Shown here: one piece after another, positions 52,601 to 64,000 of the stretch
Numbering within the stretch: position 1 is the stretch's first letter
Layout of the letters: every line of letters begins with the position of its first letter
Assembly: GCF_009834535.1 (NCBI RefSeq)
Contig: NC_045697.1
Coordinates: 23,934,001 to 23,998,000 of the forward strand
DNA from: Camelus ferus
Taxonomy: Eukaryota
Direction: 5' to 3'
Length of the DNA: 64,000 nucleotides
Notes under the pieces: model-generated
Seen by the model: only the letters and a program-made list of their open reading frames with translations
Told to the model about the DNA's origin: nothing
Database searches by the model: none
Program-made: the position numbers and the translations under genes

Positions 52601-53244
52601 AGATTATCTGATTACTGCTGGTCAGCTTCTCCACAGTCTTATGCACACAGATTGTATACAAATGCCTTGTTTTCTCATTTGCCAAAGTCTGTCCTGTATC
52701 AGTTGCAAAACACTTTGAATAGATGTAAATGCCTGTAGCCACAATCTCGGACACATCAGATATTCAATACTGTCTAAACATGGTACTTAAATACAATAGC
52801 AATTATTATTTTACTCTACACACGTAGAAAGACTCTTTGAGGTAAATCTCTCATCAGGAAAAAACTGCATGCATCAAGACATAGGGTTTTAATAAGTAAT
52901 GTTTGCTTTAATTTATATATTACTAGTGATTTATCACATAGTGTTATTGACTGAATATTTTTAGTCTATCAGGCATCATTTCAGACACATGCCCAGGCAT
53001 TGGCTGCGATGACTGCCTGGTGAAATGTTCACAAAATTTTCATTGTGAAAATTACAAACAGTCATTGTGAAATGAAGCCACTCAAAATACTAATCCCTAT
53101 ATTCATCTGAGTTTCATTATGTACTAACTTAAAACAAAATGAAAGAAAAGTATAATTGCTTTGTCTTCCGTTAGTTGGAAGGATAGTAGAAAAACAGTAT
53201 TTAGTTTAGAACTGCTGACCCCAAAATTGATTAGTTCTTAATCA

Positions 53245-53510
53245 TGGATAATAATGAATTATTTAAAACCTGTTGAGCCCTCATCATATGTCAAGCCCTA
53301 TTAAGTATTGTATTATGTAGTGCATATGACATTTTTATTTAATTTTCAGTCTATGACATAGATAAAATTAATTTTCCCATTTCACATATAAGAAAACTTA
53401 TGTTTCAAAAATATACCATACTCGTCCAGGGTTCTATGATTATGAGTGAGTAAATGAGATTTGAATCTTGGTATCCCTGACATGAAAAAAATGCTATTTT
53501 CTGCTATGTG
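53245..53510 (-). mobile_element. MIR
   Basis: 'gttgagccctcatcatatgtcaagcc', 'cccatttcacatataagaaaactta', 'gagatttgaatcttgg'. Confidence 0.65.
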
Positions 53511-53869
53511 TTAACTGTCTCTCCGTGTAATACATACAGTATTGCTTTGTAATATTAAACTTACTTTTTAAAATAGTAACTAAATTAAGGATATCTTTCA
53601 TTTGTTGTTTAAAAAGGCAAATTATTTTCTTGTATCAGTTTCTTCATACTGAAAAACAATTTGAGGACATTTCAGTAAAAATGTAAAGTGAGTTCATGCT
53701 ATTTTCTCCTCCCCCTCTGAGACTACAGTAAGATGAGTACAGAAACATATAAATTCAAAACAGTAAATAAGAAGAGAGCTGACACCATCAGAAGACAGGC
53801 AATATCAATGGATTTCTTTTAGTGGGAAAGTAAATGAAACATTTTTGTTAATGAAACTTAGGAAATTTC

Positions 53870-54710
53870 ATCTCTATGAAAAACAACTTATCTACTTTTC
53901 CAGTTGTGAGGCCAAAAACCTTGTTATTTTCCAATCTTCTCTTTATCTCACGCCATACATCCAATATCTCATCAAATCCTAAATTTAAATATATCTCAAA
54001 TTCCAGTGTCTCTTCTCGCTTCCCTCACTACCACCATCATCCAAGCTATTATCTTCTCTTGGCTAGATGATTGCAGTCACTTCCCAGCTGATCTCCCAGT
54101 CTCCACCACCCTTGCTCCCTAGAGTCAGCCTGCTCACAACACAGCAATCTGTATTATCCTGTTAAATGTATGGCACATTATATCATTTCTCTGCTCAAAC
54201 CCTCCAGTGACTTTCCATTTCTGTCAAAGTAAAAGGCAATATATATCCTTGTAGTGGCCTGCAAAGCCCTTCAAAATATAGTCTCCAACTGTCTCCACTA
54301 CAGAATACTTTACAGTGCAATCCCCCATAATTCTTTCAGTCTTAGCCACCATGTCCTGTCTGTTGGTTTTCAAACACAATAAAATGCTCCTAACACCGAA
54401 TTTTTCACTTTTTCTTCTTCCTGTGTGAACATCTCTCCCTCCCTCACTGCCATTATCTATTTCTTAGTGAGTTCTTCACTGAACAAGCTACCCTATCTTC
54501 TGTATTTCATGTTTCCTTTCTTTGCTTTACATTGCTCCATAGAATTTAACACATTTAAATATGTTTATGACATATTTATTTTAGTTTTTGCCTGCCCACT
54601 CCCATGAGACTTCATGTTTCATAGGGGCAGTCATTTTGTCAGATATATTCAGTGCTCTTTCCCATTACATTAAGCTTTTGCTAATTTCTCAGCAAACATT
54701 TATTTCTGTG
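53870..54710 (+). mobile_element. L2 (L2a-like) 3' region
   Basis: 'ggccaaaaaccttg', 'catcatccaagctattatc', 'ctctgctcaaaccctccagtgactttcc', 'atagggcagtcattttgtc'. Confidence 0.8.
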
Positions 54711-54811
54711 ACAGACTAATATGAAATTCATGTATATACACATCTCTGTGGTGAACATAGCAGTATAGGTGTTTGCATGGTTGGCAAAACCCTAAAGATT
54801 TCCAGATAGTT

Positions 54812-56072
54812 TGAAGTTAGAATACTCCCTCACACCATACACAAAAATAAACTCAAAATGGTTTAAAGACTTAAATACAAGACAAAATACTATAAACCTC
54901 TTAGAAGAAAACATAGGCAAATATGATCTGACCTAAATCTCAGCAATGTTCTCCTAGGGACCTAATTAAACTTATAAGCATTTGCAAAGCAGAGGAAACC
55001 AAAACAAAAAGAACCTACAGATAGGTAGGAAATATTTGCAAACAGTGGGACAAGGGCTTGATTTCTAGAATGTATAAATAGCTCATACAACCTAATAAGA
55101 AAAAAACAAACAGCACAACGCAAAACTGAGTGGAAGACGTAAACAAGCAATTCTCCAGTGAAGACATACAAATGGCCAATAGGCACATGATAAAATGCTC
55201 AATATTGCTAATTATCAGAGAAATGCAGATCAAAGCTACAGTGAGGGTTCACCTCACACCAGTGAGAATGGCTATCATTCAAAACTCCACAAATGGTAAA
55301 TGCTGGAGAGGGTGTGAAGAAGAGAAAGCCCTCCTACACTGTTGGTGGGAATGTAGTTTAGTGCAGCTGTTATGGAAAATAGTATGCAGATTCCTCAAGA
55401 GACTAAAAACAAACTTACCATATGATCTAGCAATCCCACTCCTGGGCATATGTCCAGAGGGAACCTTAGTTCAAAAAGACACATGCACCTCAATGTTCAT
55501 AGCAGCACTGTTTATAATAGCCAAGATATGGAAAGAACCTAAATGTCCATCAACAGATGACTGGATAAGGAAGTTGTGGTATATTTTTACAATGGAATAC
55601 TACTCAGCCGTAAAAAATAATAAAATAATACCATTTATAGCAACATGGATTGACTTGAAGAATGTCATTCTAATTGAAATAAGCCAGAAAAATAAAGAAA
55701 TATACCATATGGACATCACTTGTATGTGGAATAAAAAAAAAAAAAAGACAAACACACTTATTTCCAAACACAAACAGACTCACAGACATAGGAAACAAAC
55801 TTATGGTTACCAGAAGGGAAAGTGGGAAGGGATAAATTGGGAGTTCAAGATCTGCAAATACTAATATATATAAAATCGATAAATAATAAATTCATACTGT
55901 ATAGTGCAAGGAACTATATTCAATATCTTGCAGTGACTTATGGTGAAAAAATATGCAAGCAAATATATGTGTGTTCATGTATGACTGACTCATTGTGCTG
56001 TACATGAGATTCATACAACATTGTAAACTGACTATACTTCAATAAAAAATATATATGTTTACCAAAAAAAAC
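54812..56072 (+). mobile_element. 5'-truncated LINE-1 (ORF2 C-terminus + 3' UTR), older subfamily
   Basis: ORF 55130-55864: [24 protein letters not shown]...[10 protein letters not shown]...[15 protein letters not shown]...MEYYSAVK; 3' end 'ttgtaaactgactatacttcaataaaaa'. Confidence 0.95.
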
Positions 56073-57199
56073 AGTTCCATCCTAGGACACATTTCAGGTA
56101 TGAAATATTCAAACTTCGAGGTCAAATAGAAAAGCTGAATATCTGTCAGCAATGGAAAACAACTAACAAACAAATCAAGGATGATAAATCAGATTTGCAT
56201 CTATTTCCTATTTAAACTGATCTTATAAAATATGAGTATAACCACTAAAAGAATAAAAAATTGGAAATGTTTAAAAATGTACCTGCTGAAGATCAGAAAA
56301 GATTGAAAAAGAAAATGAGAATCTACATTTAAAGGGTACTCCTTTGGCTATTAATTAACTGTCATTTGTGGCAAAACATTTACATTCAATGGATTTTAGT
56401 TTCATTATCTCAGTTTTGATGGTTCTGTCCTTTCTGTGGTTTTTTTTTTTTTAAATACAACTGCTTTTTTCATTATGGAGAAAATTAATTCTGGTTTGAT
56501 AATTCTTATGTTATTCTTTGCAAATCATAAAATTAAAATATTATTATAGAATTAAAACCCCAACTTTTCAGATTTTCTTCAGAGAAACATATGCAGTGGT
56601 TATCCTTGTTACGTCTTAATCTTATTAACTCTGAGTTTTTTCTCGTCATTTTTGTCCTAATCTTTGGAGTATCAGTTCATCTCTTTTCACCCAGAATATA
56701 ATCCAACTGCTAGTAATTGCCTTCTGGACATTTCTGATCTAAATATTTTATCAATATTTTCTGCCTTAATGTATTTAAAACTACACTTTCTTTCTGCCCC
56801 AAGCTGAGGCCTTCTCCTGTTGTTGCTCCTTCCGTCAACAACATGGTTATTTTCTGAGTATTCAAAACATCTATGTTTACTTTTTTGACTTTTTGTTCTT
56901 CTTTCCAAACACAGTTATTTCTTTATTTGATTCATATTTACCACGAGCTTAGCATTTCACTGGTATAAAGATACAGAAGTGAAAGGCAAAATCTCTGTTC
57001 ACTAGACATTCTCTATCTTTTGTAGATCAATATGTAGATAATTACCATACAATAAACTGAATATTGAGTAAACAATAAATCAATTTGTATTAAAGCAGTG
57101 TATGATCATAAAAGAAGTAGGGATTGTCTTTATTCCTACGAGAATATCACATATATTCTCCCATTTAATCTCCCAGGTCACCATCAGAGTAGACCTTTT

Positions 57200-57690
57200 G
57201 CAATATTGTTCTTAGATCAACTACATCTGCCATTAAAACTTCAGGGATTTCATTTTGCCATGAGAATAGAATAAAATTGTATATTGAATATTCAAAACAC
57301 CTATGGTCTGGCTCTTTTGCCCAAGCCATATTTCCCACTATTTCCTCACTAAAAATTATACATGAGATTTATTGAAATACTGGCCTTTTTTTCTAATCCT
57401 CATTCTTGTCTTTATCCATACATTCTCTCACTCTGTTTTATTAACTATCAGTAGTTTATCCTTCAAGAATTATTAAAATCAACGAACTACTAAAGTTCTC
57501 CCTGCTTACAATAATAAGAAATAATCTATTCCTTCTCTTAACTTGCATAGTGGTTTATATGCATCATTCCTTACATGCTTATCACGTTACTTTTTGGCAT
57601 ATTTTATTATACATATTTTCTTTCCTACAAAGTATTGTCTCCTGTAAGTAGATACCATTCCCTGCATCTCCTCAAATAAATATTTCTACT
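57200..57690 (+). mobile_element. L2 fragment
   Basis: 'aaaacttcagggatttcattttgccatgagaatagaa', 'attcaaaacacctatggtctggctc'. Confidence 0.5.
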
Positions 57691-58580
57691 TAAAGACTTG
57701 ATCAAAATCTCTTTTCCAAGCTTGAAACACACAACACTAACTGTGATTTAATTATTCTTTCTCATATTGTGGCTTAAAAAGTGGAAATAGCAAATTGTAA
57801 TTTTTAACTATTGTTCTCATTTAAGTAAAACCACAAGCTAGGTTCAGCCATCTGAATAAAAGGTAAATTTCACATTATTGCAACAACTGAAATGTATAAT
57901 GCTTAAAAAGGGAAATCTTTACAAATATAGTATTCCTCTGCTATTTCTTTCATTTGTTAAAAAGAGAGAAACCCGTTCACTGACCATGTTTTACTTCAGT
58001 GAGGCGATGGGACTACAGTTGAGCCCAACCATGGCCAGTCATTTCTGCCATGAAAAGTGGGCAATACACTTTCCCCCAAATCAGTGCCCAATTTGTAGAC
58101 AAAATCTTTAGGTCCATTCATGCCTATTAATCCTGCAACTATTCCTGCCAGATAGTTCTGCTGTGGAAAGAAATGAATGTTTCCCAAGGGGAGGTTGGAG
58201 CCACATAGGTAAGGGGTAAACCTGAATGTAATTTAAACACTTGAGGTAGATTAAAAGGAGGCAGTAGAATAATACCTTGATACCACTAAGTTTTTCTTTG
58301 TCATTTCTGTCTAATTTAGTAGAATCAAAATTAGGCTTATTTCAGTTATGAAACTTCACATCTGATATTTTTCAATTATCCAACCCAAGCACCAGCATAG
58401 CACTTGGTAAGTCAAGTGACACCACTTAATTTGATAATTAAAAATAAATTTAAAAAAATGTTTTTGTTTCTATATGAATTTTTTCTGTTTATCATATTTA
58501 GATTGATAAAATAGTATTGCTTTTAGGCAAAAGACCATACTGATTTCTCTCATTTTTCTTTAATTCATCGTAGTGATTTC

Positions 58581-59890
58581 TTTTTTTTATTTATATTTAG
58601 TAATTTTTAACATGTTTTATTGATTTATAATCAGTTTACAATGTTGTGTCAAATTCCAGTGTAGAGCACAATTTTTCAATTATACATGAACATATATATA
58701 TTCATTGTCACATTTTTTTCTCTGTGAGGTACCACAAGATCTTGTGTATATTTCCCTGTGCTTTACAGTATAATCTTGTTTATTCTACAATTTTGAAATC
58801 CTGTCTATCCCTTCCCACCCTCCACCCCCTTGGCAACCACAAGTTTGTATTCTATGTCTATGAGTCTATCTCTGTTTTGTATTTATGCTTTGTTTTTTTG
58901 TTTTTGTTTTTTAGATTCCACATATGAGCGATCTCATATGGTATTTTTCTTTCTCTTTCTGGCTTACTTCACTTAGAATGACATTCTCCAGGAGCATCCA
59001 TGTTCCTGCAAATGGCATTATGCTGTCAGTTTTTATGGCTGAGTAGTATTCCATTGTGTAAATATATGACATCTTCTTTATCCAGTCATCTGTTGATGGA
59101 CATTTAGGCTGTTTCCATGTCTTGGCTGTTGTAAATAGTGCTGCTATGAACATTGGGGTGCAGGTGTCATCCTGAAGTAGGGTTCCTTCTGGATATAAGC
59201 CCAGGAGCGGGATTCCTGGGTCGTATGGTAAGTCTATTCCTAATCTTTTGAGGAATCTCCATACTGTTTTCCACAGTGGCTGCACCAAACTGCATTCCCA
59301 CCAGCAGTGTAGGAGGGTTCCCCTTTCTCCACAGCCTCTACAGCATTTGTCATTTGTAGATTTTTGAATGATGGCCATTCTGACTGATGTGAGGTGATAC
59401 CTCATTGTAGTTTTGATTTGCATTTCTCTGATAATTAGTGACATTGAGCATTTTTTCACGTGCCTATTGATCATTTGTATGTCTTCCTTGGGGGATTGCT
59501 TGTTCAGGTCTTTTGCCCATCTTTGGATGGGGTTGTTTGTTTTTTTCTTATTAAGTCATATGAGCTGCTTATATATTCTGGAGATCAAGCCTTTGTCGGT
59601 TTCATTTGCAAAGATTTTCTCCCATTCCATAGGTTGTCTTTTTGTTTTACTTATGGTTTCCTTTGCTGTGCAGAAGCTTGTAAGTTTCATTAGGTCCCAA
59701 TTGTTTATTTGTGCTTTTATTTCTTCTAGGAGAAAATTTTTCAGATGTATGTCAGATAATGTTTTGCTTATATTTTCCTCTAGAAGGTTTATTGTATCTT
59801 GTCTTATGTTTAAGTCTTTGATCCATTTTGAGTTTATTTGGGGGTATGGTGTAACGGAGTGTTCTAGCTTCATTGTTTTACATGCTGCTG
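58581..59890 (-). mobile_element. 5'-truncated LINE-1 (ORF2 C-terminus + 3' UTR), young subfamily
   Basis: ORFs 59556-59939 and 58911-59474: [17 protein letters not shown]...[14 protein letters not shown]...[17 protein letters not shown]...[17 protein letters not shown]...[10 protein letters not shown]; 3' UTR and A-rich tail. Confidence 0.95.
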
Positions 59891-60329
59891 AAAAAAGAAA
59901 TGATGAATTTATTTTTATTTTTTGTCTACACATGTTCAAAGTCTAACAGAGTATATGACCCTCACACACACACTGTCTCTTTCTCTGTCCCTCTGTAATA
60001 TATATGTCTGTGTGCATCTGTATGTGTATGTAATGTGTGTGTATTTGATAGAAACACACTATATGACCCTGAGAAAAGCAAGAAGCAAAGGCACAGAGAC
60101 ACAGAAGAAATAGCACAAGATACACATTAGACATTAAAAGAAGTCTTGGTGGACCCTGAAAAGAAGTCTAAGTTACATAAAAGCTGCTTTGGTCACGCTT
60201 TGAATGCATACTTGGATTGTAGTCTTCAGAGGCTCTCATTGCCTGTTTGGTGTGCTTTGGAAATGCTAATAACATCTCAGAGTCTTCAGTCCATTTGGTA
60301 CCTGAAGGGCATAAAACAATTCATTTTCA

Positions 60330-60869
60330 GTGACAAGACATGGAAACAGCCTAAATGTCCATCAACAGATGACTGAATAAAGAAGTAGTAGTATATTTAT
60401 ACAATGGAATACTATTCAGCCATAAAAACTAACAACATAATGCCATTTTCAGCAACATGGATGCTCCTGGAGAATGTCATTCTAAGTGAAGTAAGCCAGA
60501 AAGAGAAAGAAAAATACCATATGAGATCGCTCATATGTGGAATCTAAAAAAAAAAAAAGAACGTAAATACAAAACAGAAACAGACATATAGACATAGAAC
60601 AAAAACTCGTGGTTGCCAAGGGGGTGGGGAGTGGGAAGGGACAGACTGGAATTTCAAAATTTGCAGGTACTGACAGACATACGCAGAACAGATAAAAAAG
60701 ATTATACTGTATAGCACAGGGAAATATATACAAGATCTTGTGGTAGCTCACAGCGAAAAAAATGTGACAATGAATATATGTATGTTCATGTATAATTGAA
60801 AAGTTGTGCTCTACACTGGAATTTGACACAACATTGTAAAATGACTATAACTCAATAAAAAATGTTAAG
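60330..60869 (+). mobile_element. 5'-truncated LINE-1 3' end with 16-bp TSD
   Basis: [13 protein letters not shown]... through 'ggaatttgacacaacattgtaaaatgactataactcaataaaaaatgttaa'; TSD aaa[c/g]aattcattttca at 60314-60329 and 60870-60885. Confidence 0.95.
60620..60640 (+). other. G-quadruplex-forming tract in the L1 3' UTR
   Basis: gggggtggggagtgggaaggg: four runs of 3 or more G with short loops. Confidence 0.7.
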
Positions 60870-62129
60870 AAAGAATTCATTTTCAAACTTCACAGTTCAG
60901 TTTTGAATAAAAGTTTATTCTGTATGGAATCAAGGTGTTTTTGTACAAGTGGGCAGTGGGGCATATTTTTAAATCTCCTTCGGCCACATATATGTTGGTT
61001 GATTCACCAGCTGTGCCAGTCCCTTTGAAATACAAAGTTGTCTGCCTTCTTTTTGTTTAAAGATTAGGGCAGTCTCATTCTGTAATGCTTGAGAGCTACA
61101 TTGAAACTGGCATTAATTCCATTATTATGAGCTATTTTTCCAAATCAAGTTCAATTATTTTTCTCATCTAGGGATAATGGACAATATGATCTAAGAATAA
61201 AACTGTGTAAATTAAAACCTTGCAAGAATTAAGTCTATTTTACTATAAAATAGAAATAACCATTGCTTGTTCTTTAAGAGCCTTCTTTAATCTTCCAGAC
61301 AATAAATAAAATGTCCACAGCAATCTGGGTGAGGTATGTGTGTGTATGCATGTGTGCTTTTGTGTAACTCACACAATGTGGGGCTTTATTTTCTGAGATA
61401 CATCGCTCTATATTTACCTCAGTCTAAGAAAAGTTTATTTTTCCCTAGTGCATGCATTCATTTATTTATTCAAATAGCACATAAATTGAAATAAACTAAA
61501 TAAAAAGGAGAGGACATGATACTAATATCTCAAATTTTAGCCAGGAAAAAAATTGGCAAAAAGTTAAGTGATTTTATAATGCAGTGTAATACTTCATGCA
61601 ATACTGTTGTGCCATGGCCTTCTTGACAGAAAGAAATTAAGGACTTTGACGGTGTGAATCTGGGAAGATATCATAGAAAATTTAGTAGTCAAAATAGGCT
61701 GTTAAAGATAAGGAGGATTTCACCTGTAAGAGTTACGAGGAAAGAACTTGTTGGGAAAATAATTCTAGTGAATAAAGAACCTATATTTTCCATTGGAAAA
61801 TAATCTTTCTCCATTTTGTATTTTGTCTAACAATTCATAAAAACGTGTTAAGGCCTGAGGACTAGCAAGAGTGGAAACATGACCCAGGCGAGGCCAATCT
61901 GAATCTATTTCCCTGCAACTTGAATACTAATCATAACAACTCAAGGTAAAAAGGATAGAAGGTGATTCATCCTGAAAATAATTCTAAGATAAAACCTTAC
62001 ATCAGCTTGTGCTAATTGGATTGCCAGAAAGCCTCTGGTTTCTATTGTTTGCAAAGCCAGATTCTGTTTAACTACAATTTGGTGACATACTCAGTATTTT
62101 TCCTTCTCACTTATATATGAAAAAGAAAT

Positions 62130-63520
62130 GAACGGAAATACTTAAAAAGTAAAGAGAAACTTTGAAGAATTACTTCAAAAATATGAATCAGCAGGCTAGA
62201 TAGAGCTGAGGAATAATCAGTGAATTTGAAGATAGCTAAATAAAAATTATTGAAACTGAAAAAGAAAAAAAGATTGAAAATATGTATGATATAAATAAGT
62301 ATCAAGTGATATAACATATGCAATTGAAAGTCTCTGAGAAAACAGATAAAACAGGATAGAAGAAATATTTAGAGAGATAAAGGCTTGTGATTTTCAAAAA
62401 TTAATGAAATTCAGTAGCCCACATAACCAGGAAGCTCAGCAAACTCAAACGAGATTAAAAAAAAACATAAACAGAAAACAACAAATCAAAAAATAAAACA
62501 TGTAGATACATCATATTCATACAGTTGAAAAGGGAATCTCTTTAAGACATCCAAAGGGGACAGGGAATTGTATTCTAAAGAAAAAAAAAATTGTAAGTAC
62601 AAGATGAAAGATCATGGAACCAGATCTTTCTATTCGGAAAGAAAAAAATACTTAACCCCAGAATTCTATACCTGGTGAAAATAGTTTTTTTTTTTTTTTT
62701 CCAAAATGAGAGTAAAATAAAGACTTTACTTCGAGAATCAAACCTGACAGAATCTACTGCCAGTAGATATGCAACATAAGAAAAGTTGAAGTTCTTCAGA
62801 AAAAAACACTGTGATACCAGATGAAAATTTACATCTACATAAAGAATATAAGGCTAAATATAAAAGTCATTTTTTCTGTTATTTAAAGCAAAAAGTCTAA
62901 CAATGTGTTAAGTCTATTATGTGTTACAAAAGTAAAACATTGGTAACATAAAGAATGGATGGGACAACATGAAAATATATATTATAAAGTTCCCACTATA
63001 TGTTAACTGGCTATATGAAGGTGGACTGTGATAAATAAAAATATCAAAGAACAAATGAAATAAAAAAGCAACAAATACGTCAGCAACAAATAAGAGGAAT
63101 TTAAAATTAAAAACAAAACTATTTACATTGCTGCTTAAAAAGTTACTCTGGTGTAAATCAAACAAAACATGTATAAGATATATATGAGGAAAAGTATAAA
63201 ACTCTGATGAAAGAAATCAAAGAGGTAAATAAATGAGATATTCCATGGTCATGGATAGACAGACTCAATATTGTCAAAATGGCAGTTCTTCCCAAATCCA
63301 TCTATAATTTGAATACAGTCCCATTCACAGTCCCTGAAAATTATGTTCTCGGTATCCACAAACTGATTCTCAGTCTATATGGAAAGGCAAAAGGCCCAGA
63401 ATAGCCAACATGATATTGAGGGAGAAGAGCAAAGTGGGAGGACTGACCTACCCACCATTATGAAAGCTGCAGTCTGAAGTTACAGTCAGCAAGACAGTGT
63501 AGATTGGTGGAATAACAGAC
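62130..63520 (+). mobile_element. Old L1 (L1M-type): ORF1 remnant followed by a post-RT ORF2 remnant
   Basis: 'cagcaggctagatagagctgaggaataatcagtgaatttgaagatag', 'cccagaattctatacctggtgaaaata' (ORF1); 'tataaaactctgatgaaagaaatcaaagag...agactcaatattgtcaaaatggcagttcttccc' (ORF2). Confidence 0.8.
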
Positions 63521-64000
63521 AAATATAATAACACACCAGAAAGGCCAGAAAAAGACCATTTTTTTCTTTTCATCCACCTCCATCTGGTTTGAGATTTTAG
63601 CAGTTCTACTGATTTGAGTTTTCCATTATCTCCAAAATGAACATTAACTTTTTTAAAGAAAGTAAAAAAATACAAAAAAATAAAATGTTATGTACGTGAT
63701 TGTGGAAAGCAGTTATTGTTTGATGTGGGACGTGAGGACAAAAGTGTCTAGAACTAAGGATGGTTAGAAGACAGATGCTTGTGATTCCCTACTAAGGGGT
63801 GAACTTACTGAGTCATTTTCTCAGCAAAGGGCTATATGGGCAACTGGCAAAAACAAAAACAAAAACAAGAACAAAACTCATCTATAACTGCCTGTTTTCA
63901 GGGGATGAAACAGCCTTTGGCAGGACTTGGTGACCAGTATAGGTCTAAAATAATAAAATTCAAGAGTATAGAAATTTAAAGTCCCTGGATGTTCAGACAA

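Noticed and set aside
52993..53072. Short inverted repeats (ccaggca/tgcctgg, ttcacaa/ttgtgaa) and repeated tcattgtgaaa
   Set aside because: The 7-bp stems are too short for a pre-miRNA and there is no further support.
55130..55864. Longest ORF (244 aa) as a host gene
   Set aside because: It is the L1 ORF2 C-terminus reading through into the 3' UTR after a frameshift.
1..64000. CRISPR arrays, operons, prokaryotic defence systems, rRNA genes
   Set aside because: The sequence is mammalian repeat-rich DNA with no regularly spaced direct repeats, dense ORFs or rRNA similarity.

Overview
AT-rich mammalian genomic DNA with no recognisable host protein-coding exon, so most likely intergenic or deep intronic. 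A tRNA-derived SINE of the Vic-1 type and the L1 3' UTR sequences point to a camelid (camel/alpaca lineage). The window is a mosaic of retroelements and DNA-transposon fossils: several LINE-1 copies of different ages, ERVL-MaLR and ERV1 solo LTRs, L2, MIR, Tigger and hAT MITEs. Every long ORF with a recognisable product is an L1 ORF1 or ORF2 remnant. The most notable structure is a ~3.05 kb L1 at 37013-40064 (minus strand). It is bounded by an 18-bp target-site duplication (TSD) and keeps its 5' UTR, ORF1, 3' UTR and poly(A), but lacks almost all of ORF2. Also present are a second TSD-bounded internally deleted L1, two ultra-short L1 3'-end insertions, an inverted L1 cluster, a perfect 20-bp inverted repeat, and several non-repeat segments with exon-like or enhancer-like signals. 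Repeat family names come from recalled consensus similarity, not a database search, and boundaries of old repeats are approximate.
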